DNA of 51,799 nucleotides from Candidatus Babelota bacterium (GTDB lineage Bacteria; Babelota; Babeliae; Babelales; Babelaceae): NCBI GenBank assembly GCA_003484685.1, contig DNBB01000031.1, positions 7,713 to 59,511 of the forward strand, read 5' to 3'. Shown piece by piece: positions 10,515 to 16,717 of this stretch (position 1 is its first letter; each line of letters starts with the position of its first letter). The notes under the pieces were generated by a model. It saw only the letters and a program-made list of their open reading frames with translations, ran no database searches and was not told where the DNA came from. The position numbers and the translations under genes were made by a program.

Positions 10515-11002
10515 ATGAAATATAACAAGGCAGCTATTTTGCGTTCTGTCTTTATTTCTCACTATTTTCTATCCGATACAATGCGCTCATTAAGATGCAT
10601 ACGTCAAACAATTCAAGCAAGAGCTTAAAGAATACAATTTGACACTCGAAAGCTTTGATAAATTTTTCCCACAACAACCTGCAGGCAAAAAAGCTTTTAA
10701 TTTTAGCGGGGGGCTTTCTGAGGAGCACATTAAAAACAGAATAATCGGAGGGATGACTGCACACTCTTTAGTGAATCCACCGGAAATAGAGCTCGATTTT
10801 TCGGACCAACTTTCCGTGGGACGAAACTGTAAAGGACAAATATCCACCAACGCTCTTGCGCGTCGCATTGTTAGACTTAGAAAAAAACGGTGGCCGAGGA
10901 TTTGATATTTTAAAAGGCGCTGCAACCAGGGTGCTTATTGGACTTCCTGTCGTCAGCCTTGTATACCCTGTCTATAAATACTTAAGCATGTCAACAAATT
11001 AG
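10515..11002 (+). pseudogene. decayed gene of unknown function, broken across three frames
   Basis: Three protein-like segments lie in three different frames. They are MKYNKAAILRSVF.. (ATG 10515), ..DAYVKQFKQELKEYNLTLESFDKFFPQQPAGKK..PPEIELDFSDQ (track ORF 10639..10905) and FPWDETVKDKYPPTLLRVALLDLEKNGGRGFDILKG..MSTN* (stop 11000-11002). One frame junction sits at the T5 run 10797-10801. Confidence 0.45.
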
Positions 11003-11045
11003 TAATTGTTGACATGCAAGTTTTGATCCAAGGATCAAAACTTGC
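10986..11045. repeat. two abutting perfect palindromic hairpins
   Basis: gcatgtcaacaa..ttgttgacatgc (12-bp arms) is followed immediately by gcaagttttgatcc aa ggatcaaaacttgc (14-bp arms). They lie between convergent decayed genes. Confidence 0.7.
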
Positions 11046-11176
11046 AATTTCCGATAACTGTCTAGCCTTCAAAAAAACGCTTTGCGAGCAAAACAGTTAT
11101 GTTTTTGATATACACGATTAAGTGAAAGGTTTTCTTGGAAAACCGCTTTGTTCTTGTATGTGTTTTTTTCAGTACC

Positions 11177-11851
11177 TTAGAAAATAAATTCAAGGTCAGT
11201 GATTTGAGCGTTTTTTTGCTTTTCAAATAATTGGTTTTGCTGACCGAAAAGCCAGCTTTTTTCATTACCGCAAAACTGCCTGATTTTTTCTTGCAATGAA
11301 TCGGGCAGAAGAGGCCAAAGGGAATTTAAATTCAGCGCTAGCAAAGCTTCTAATTGTTTTAACTTCTGTTCCCTTTGCAGTTTTTTTAAGTTCTCGTCTG
11401 CATTGTCGATGTACGCTAGCAAAAGAACCTTGCTAAAGGTTTTGTTCTTAAAGGCCATTAAGCAAATCTCTTGCCTTAACTTTTCCGTTGGTGCGTTTTT
11501 TATAATTCGCCAAAAATATTTGCATAAACGTTTTTTACCTTTTTCTGCGGTATAACCAGATTCTAATACCAGCAATTCTACAAAACTTTTCTCAATATAT
11601 TGTCCTTGCTCCTTAGACAGCCTCCCCAGATCAGCCCAAACCTTCCCTTGAAAAGCACTATTGGTTGCATAATATAAAGAAAAAAAACAGAGGATGTACC
11701 AATAATCTCGATTTTGCGAAGGAACTTTCTTTAAAATATTCCTTTCAAAATCGAATAATTGCTCTATAGTTTTATATTTTGCTGCGTGCTTAAAGAGATC
11801 CATATCTTGAAGATGCCAACTAGTTGCTCGTTTTAGAAGCCATGCACCCAC
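11177..11851 (-). CDS. hypothetical protein, probably 5'-disrupted
   Basis: The track ORF starts at GTG 11851. The same frame stays open and protein-like for 86 more codons up to TAG at 12110-12112, with no ATG, GTG or TTG in that extension. Confidence 0.5.
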   Translation of the reverse strand: MGAWLLKRATSWHLQDMDLFKHAAKYKTIEQLFDFERNILKKVPSQNRDYWYILCFFSLYYATNSAFQGKVWADLGRLSKEQGQYIEKSFVELLVLESGYTAEKGKKRLCKYFWRIIKNAPTEKLRQEICLMAFKNKTFSKVLLLAYIDNADENLKKLQREQKLKQLEALLALNLNSLWPLLPDSLQEKIRQFCGNEKSWLFGQQNQLFEKQKNAQITDLEFIF

Positions 11852-12273
11852 ATGTTCTTTCTTGGCTATTTCTAAAAGTTTAAGTTGATCTTCAGAAGTT
11901 TTAAGCGAAATAAAAAGCTTTTTAAATTCACCAAAAAGATTGAAAGTAGTATGGTCTTTTATATTATCAAAGCTCTTTAGACATCCTGGCTGAAAGAAAA
12001 GACGCTTCCGGAAATATGTTTCTTTAATACTGGGTTCTGAAAAGCAAAAAAATTCGACTACTTGATCATTTGAAAGTGAATCGTAAAGTGGAGGTTTCTT
12101 TATCAGGTCCTACCTTAAACCAGCAGGAAAAATATTTTGCTTGCTTAGTCAGCTATTAAGTGGTTCATGAGCCAGAAGGATCCAGTGTAAAGCCCTTGTT
12201 GATGTAGTATTACTTAGCCTTGGGCTTTCGTTTTTACCTCCTGGAAGCATATGCAAAACATATTGATGCTTTA

Positions 12274-12542
12274 ATGAAAAAAAATTTCAGCTTCCATTCA
12301 CCAATAGGCCTAACAAAAGCGCAATAAAAGAACTTTTTGGATGCATCGATGGTGTAATTTATATCGGACTAAGCGCTAATGATTGTGGATTGCTCACATA
12401 TTTTAAAGAATGTAGCCCAAATGAAACAATTATTGCAATTGACCTTGGAAGCCCCCGATATTTAGGAAATGATGATTATTTTTTAAAGGGCAATTGCCAA
12501 GTAGTCTTACCCAAGCTCGCAACTTTAATGGATCTCAAATAA
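12274..12542 (+). pseudogene. truncated, frameshifted fragment resembling the N-terminal half of a class I SAM methyltransferase
   Basis: An ATG is followed by an A8 run (12277-12284). One extra A would give MKKKFQLPFTNRPNKSAIKELFGCIDGVIYIGLSANDCGLLTYFKECSPNETIIAIDLGSPRYLGNDDYFLKGNCQVVLPKLATLMDLK*. The reading frame ends where the next gene begins. Confidence 0.3.
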
Positions 12543-12550
12543 GAGAATCA

Positions 12551-13186
12551 CTACTTTTGCACATCCTCTACCTCAATAAACACATTGTACACCCCAAGAG
12601 CCTTGTCCACGCTTTGTTTCCAAATAACGGTGTATTTTATTCCTGCATCATACTCAAAGGTTTTCGTATCTGGCTGAGTAAGAGGAAACACTATGCCCCC
12701 ACGGCGAAACAATGTAACCGTCGCAAATTCCTTATTTGTACACATAAACATAAAAGGCAAAGTATCGACAAAAATTGTCCGATCAGAACCGAACAACGGA
12801 AATCTTTCAAAAGCTTTTACCCTTTGTCCAGGCATTACCTCTTGCTCAGATGAAGTTTGCCATTCATCACTAGCCCGATTTAAATAGGAGGACGAAACAA
12901 CAATTGTTCGGTTAGTTTGATTAGAAACAAAGAACTCTGAAGCTAACTGCGTCTTTAGTCTTTCTAGATTGGCCGATAATTCTTGTCGTTTTATTTGAGA
13001 AAAGAAGTCAAACCCATCATGTAACTCTTTTTCAATAGCATGGATCTTTTGTATAACTTCATCTTGAGTTTCATATTTTTCTTCTGCTCCCTCGGCACTG
13101 GTCCACCAAGGAAACAAGGAAAATGCCAACCCAATCATCGCGAGAACAAAAAATCCGATTGCAACCGATGGTATGACCTCTTTCAT
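12551..13186 (-). CDS. exported/membrane-anchored ORFan, paralog-family member 3
   Basis: 211 aa with N-terminal TM VAIGFFVLAMIGLAFSLFPWW. QEVMPGQRVKAFERFPLFG matches KELGPGQRESLDFINRRGFFG in the upstream gene. SD gaaagg. Confidence 0.7.
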   Translation of the reverse strand: MKEVIPSVAIGFFVLAMIGLAFSLFPWWTSAEGAEEKYETQDEVIQKIHAIEKELHDGFDFFSQIKRQELSANLERLKTQLASEFFVSNQTNRTIVVSSSYLNRASDEWQTSSEQEVMPGQRVKAFERFPLFGSDRTIFVDTLPFMFMCTNKEFATVTLFRRGGIVFPLTQPDTKTFEYDAGIKYTVIWKQSVDKALGVYNVFIEVEDVQK

Positions 13187-13205
13187 AGTTAGCCTTTCTC
13201 AAGAT

Positions 13206-13751
13206 TTATTGAATTTCAAACTCAATGTCATGAAGAAGCGAGTTAATCCACCAGCTTATTTTGATAGGTGGTAACGTATCTTGACGAACTTGCCCGCGCG
13301 GACCGCTAATCGCAACTTTTTTCTTGCTATCACCGCCAAGCCCCAAAAATCCGCTTGCATGAACAGCATGCCACTCATCAGGCCCTTCAAAACGCTGGCT
13401 TACGCCAACACTGAGTTGATTTCCTTCAAAGCGCACAAATAGGTAAATAGGACGACCAAATGCGCGGGAATTCTTAGTTGGCTGAACCATAAATACTTTA
13501 TTTGAATTCTCATCGACGCCAAAAAAACCGCGGCGATTAATAAAATCGAGACTCTCGCGTTGACCCGGACCCAATTCTTTTTGTATTGTGCCATACGCCA
13601 TATCAGCACCCTCTGCAATCTTCATTGGCGGCAACACGTACAAAATATCAGGGGTTCCGTTTTTTAAAATTATTTCGGTCTTCCAGGGACCGGCGTGTAC
13701 ACTTGATAAAACAAGTCCAAGCGCCAGAGCAAGGTATAGATGCATTTTCAT
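13206..13751 (-). CDS. secreted ORFan, paralog-family member 2
   Basis: 181 aa with signal peptide MKMHLYLALALGLVLSSVHA. The C-terminus PPIKISWWINSLLHDIEFEIQ resembles the C-terminus of the 428-aa protein. SD aaaggagag. Confidence 0.75.
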   Translation of the reverse strand: MKMHLYLALALGLVLSSVHAGPWKTEIILKNGTPDILYVLPPMKIAEGADMAYGTIQKELGPGQRESLDFINRRGFFGVDENSNKVFMVQPTKNSRAFGRPIYLFVRFEGNQLSVGVSQRFEGPDEWHAVHASGFLGLGGDSKKKVAISGPRGQVRQDTLPPIKISWWINSLLHDIEFEIQ

Positions 13752-13800
13752 GACAAACTCTCCTTTTTTAGAAAAATTAAATTTTTTTTAAATATTATAT

Positions 13801-13962
13801 TCACTTCATCTGCTCGCACCCTTGCAAACATTTTTCGCGCTGCCAGCTTTTTTGAATCTGTTTGCAACCCTTTTTACACAGATCCTTCTTCCACGCACCT
13901 GCCTGTAAGCCGCTTACCAGAGCGAGAAGGCTCAAACCGTACATACAATTTTTAATGTTCAT
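13801..13962 (-). CDS. small secreted Lys-rich twin-CX3C peptide (53 aa), not in the ORF track
   Basis: ATG at 13962 lies 7 nt after aaggag. The translation is MNIKNCMYGLSLLALVSGLQAGAWKKDLCKKGCKQIQKSWQREKCLQGCEQMK*. I translated it by hand, and the frame fits the flanking track ORFs. Confidence 0.6.
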   Translation of the reverse strand: MNIKNCMYGLSLLALVSGLQAGAWKKDLCKKGCKQIQKSWQREKCLQGCEQMK

Positions 13963-13974
13963 CCTCTACTCCTT

Positions 13975-15261
13975 TTACGCTGGTAACAGCTCAAAATAAA
14001 AATCATGCAAGAAGTACTTAGAGCTATTCAGCCACCAGTCAATTTTTATCTTCAGACCTGGCGCAATGCGGTAAGTCGCAGCACCATTATGGCCGCCAAC
14101 ATACGCACGCACATTTTCAGGGATACTTGGTGAGGTAACGTTAACCCAGAGCAGGTCACCATCAAAGCCGGTATGCAACGTGCATAACTCTTTTCCCTGC
14201 GAATCGTACACAACAAAAGCGCTTTGATCTTTAATAAAGACAATGCGTAATTGAGCGCCGGCAAATGCTTCTTCGCGAGGGCTCAACTCAATAAGATCGC
14301 CTGCTTGTGTCTTTACAATTACAGCATTAGAAAGATCATTTTTAATGAAGACCGCCGCCGCTCCCGTGGTGAGTTTAGGAACTTCTTTTGCACGGCGCAA
14401 GCCTTCTTGCAATGCACGATTGATTAACAATTGCGAACGATCCCAAAGCTTCTTTAGTTCTTCTGGACCCCGTTCGGCCCCTTCTTCAACCAATATACCC
14501 GCTTGTTTTAATTGATCTCCGACAAATTGAATTGTGCGTCCCGTAGCTTTGACTACTGTTTTGCCGCCTTTACTTATTGTTTGGCCAACAAATTCAGCAC
14601 CACTTCCAACAGCGCTCAATCCACTCTGTAATGCGTTAGCAACAGCGCTTACAAATGCATCAGATGCCGCAATCGCAGCATCAGTTACCGGACGTGTTGT
14701 TTCTACAATAAACTCGGCGCCACCTTTGGCACCTTCATAGACAATGCGTGCTCCTCCAGCAACAACCTCTCCGACTTTTTGTGCACCCTCCTTGGCCACA
14801 GACGCCACCGCTCCTGCACCTGATGCAACGGTTCTGCCCGCTGTCTCGGCTCCTTGCACCACCGCATCAACAACAGGTTTAGTGGTTTGGTAGATAACTT
14901 CTGCCCCTTTGGCAGCAGCATCACCAACGGCTTGAGCGCCAGTAGCTACTGTCTTACCCACTGTTTCTGCCCCTTGAGATACAACATCGCCAACCTTTTG
15001 CGCACCGCGCGCAGCGGCATCTCGAGCGGCTTCTACACCTGTTGAAACACCCTTGGCAACATCTTCAGCTCCTTTACGGGTCGTTTCCCAACCAGATGAA
15101 ATATCCTGCGAAACAGCTTCGCTGCCCTTAACCACCGTCTCATGCGCGAGTTCGGCACCTTTTTTAATCTGTTCACCCAAAAAACCAAGCGTGGCTCCCG
15201 CATGCATCAACCCCCAAGAGAGCATTACGATGCCAAGGACGCCTATAATATGCTTGTTCAT
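13975..15261 (-). CDS. secreted protein with Ala/Gly/Val-rich 11-residue repeats and the family C-terminal module, paralog-family member 1
   Basis: 428 aa with a signal peptide (MNKHIIGVLGIVMLSWGLMHAGA). Residues about 33-265 are xGAxxVGxxVx 11-mers. The C-terminus reads GLKIKIDWWLNSSKYFLHDFYFELLPA. Strong SD aaaaaggag. Confidence 0.8.
   Translation of the reverse strand: MNKHIIGVLGIVMLSWGLMHAGATLGFLGEQIKKGAELAHETVVKGSEAVSQDISSGWETTRKGAEDVAKGVSTGVEAARDAAARGAQKVGDVVSQGAETVGKTVATGAQAVGDAAAKGAEVIYQTTKPVVDAVVQGAETAGRTVASGAGAVASVAKEGAQKVGEVVAGGARIVYEGAKGGAEFIVETTRPVTDAAIAASDAFVSAVANALQSGLSAVGSGAEFVGQTISKGGKTVVKATGRTIQFVGDQLKQAGILVEEGAERGPEELKKLWDRSQLLINRALQEGLRRAKEVPKLTTGAAAVFIKNDLSNAVIVKTQAGDLIELSPREEAFAGAQLRIVFIKDQSAFVVYDSQGKELCTLHTGFDGDLLWVNVTSPSIPENVRAYVGGHNGAATYRIAPGLKIKIDWWLNSSKYFLHDFYFELLPA
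14467..15165 (-). repeat. coding tandem 11-residue (33-nt) repeats
   Basis: KGAEDVAKGVS TGVEAARDAAA RGAQKVGDVVS QGAETVGKTVA TGAQAVGDAAA KGAEVIYQTTKPVVDAVV QGAETAGRTVA SGAGAVASVAK EGAQKVGEVVA GGARIVYEGAK GGAEFIVETTRPVTDAAI .. Confidence 0.75.
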
Positions 15262-15295
15262 AGAAATTCTCCTTTTTTTAGTTATTTACCATTTC

Positions 15296-15325
15296 AAAAT
15301 AGCAAATAATCTACAAGGTTTTCAA
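15296..15325 (-). promoter_or_regulatory. possible sigma70-type promoter for the exported-ORFan operon
   Basis: On the minus strand, TTGAAA, an 18-nt spacer and TATTTT end about 35 nt upstream of ATG 15261. Confidence 0.3.
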
Positions 15326-15677
15326 GAATTCTCTTTCCAAAGAATAAAGCTTATTGAGGAAACTACAGGCTACCGTACTCGCTTAAAAGCCTTTTTTGTG
15401 TTCGATCGTTTCACCTGCTTCTGTTGTTATTTTTTTCGGGGGCCTTTTTGATTTTCTCTGCACCTTGGGTTATTGTCTTGCTGGCTTGTTCCACATAGCC
15501 GCTTGAACTGTTTTTGCATCTTCATCAGCCTTATTTTGCAAAAATTTAACGCAATCGGCACCTTGCACATAGCTACTTAATAGAAGCATTACACAGACTT
15601 ACCGTCAAAGGGAGCCTATTCGTTGTCTTTCTATAATTAGAATCAACATGGTATATTCAAAGGAAAAAAGGAGCAGT

Positions 15678-16658
15678 ATGGCAACGATTATACCGACCGA
15701 AAGCCTTCATCTTACTGAATCTTCATGGCTGAAAACGTTTTACGAAAAGATCGAACAATTTCTAGCTCAGCAAGATGTTGCGCCATCATCACGCATAACC
15801 TATCGTAGTTCACTCCGTCAATTTTTTCATTGGCTTAATGTGCAAGACCAAAAGAGCAACCCAACGCGCGAAACCATCATCCTCTACAAAGCATGGCTCG
15901 ACAGCAAAAACCTTCGTACTTTTACTAAAGCGGGATACCTTGTTGCAGTGCGACGTTTTTTCGAGTGGACTGAAAGTACTAAGCAGTACCCCAATATTGC
16001 CAAGGGCGTTAAGAGCGCACGCCGCCCAACAAAATCTCACCAAAAAGATGCGCTTACCATCCTGCAAATCCAGCGTTGTTTAGAAAGCATCCCGCGCACA
16101 ACGCTTGAAGACTATCGTGATTTTGCCCTTATTAATCTTTTGATTCGAACTGGCGCTCGTTTAATCGAAATACGCCGCGCCTCGCTTGAAGACCTGGAAA
16201 CACAAGAACAAGGCGCAACAATCCTATGGATACGCGGCAAGGGGCGTGAAGGAAAAGATGATTTTGTCGTATTAACACAAGAAGCGCTCAAGCCATTAGG
16301 TGAATATCTCCAAAAACGTGCCCCTAAAACGATGAGCGAGCCGCTATTTGCTTCGGTCAGTGATCGAAATTTTGGTCGACGACTCACCGTATGTTCTCTT
16401 TCGCGTCTTATTAAAAAGCGCTTTCGCTCTGCTGGCATCGAAAGCCGTCGTCTAACAGCGCATAGCCTTAGGCACACGTTTGGCGTTATGGCAATAAAAG
16501 CAGGCGCTTCTCTTTATGAAGTACAACTTGCGATGCGTCACGTCTCTCCAGCAACTACTGAAGTTTATTTAGGCGATATTGAGCGCGAAAAACGTATGGA
16601 AGCAGGGCCAGAAAATCTCATTAGTAGACTTCTAGCAACGTCCCTTGGTACTCTTTGA
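15678..16658 (+). CDS. tyrosine-type site-specific recombinase/integrase (XerC/XerD-like)
   Basis: Catalytic motifs RTGARLIEI, AHSLRHTFG and MRHVSPATTEVYLG, plus an N-terminal SAM-like core-binding domain. The ATG at 15678 follows aaaaaaggag, while the track start at 15648 lacks an SD. Confidence 0.85.
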   Translation: MATIIPTESLHLTESSWLKTFYEKIEQFLAQQDVAPSSRITYRSSLRQFFHWLNVQDQKSNPTRETIILYKAWLDSKNLRTFTKAGYLVAVRRFFEWTESTKQYPNIAKGVKSARRPTKSHQKDALTILQIQRCLESIPRTTLEDYRDFALINLLIRTGARLIEIRRASLEDLETQEQGATILWIRGKGREGKDDFVVLTQEALKPLGEYLQKRAPKTMSEPLFASVSDRNFGRRLTVCSLSRLIKKRFRSAGIESRRLTAHSLRHTFGVMAIKAGASLYEVQLAMRHVSPATTEVYLGDIEREKRMEAGPENLISRLLATSLGTL

Positions 16659-16717
16659 CAAACAAAGCAACCTGGTCGCTGCCCTTCGGCACGGCGCATA
16701 CATAAAGAGGCTGGCTT

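Noticed and set aside
12494-12853. The 119-aa plus-strand ORF overlapping the 3' half of the 211-aa minus-strand gene.
   Set aside because: It starts at TTG without an SD and has a composition unlike real proteins. The minus-strand gene has a signal anchor and paralog support.
15631-15644. The small palindrome ttcta-taat-tagaa upstream of the recombinase, as a possible dif/att core.
   Set aside because: It has only 5-bp arms. It coincides with a perfect TATAAT hexamer and so is more simply a -10 element. It shows no resemblance to dif consensus sequences I know.
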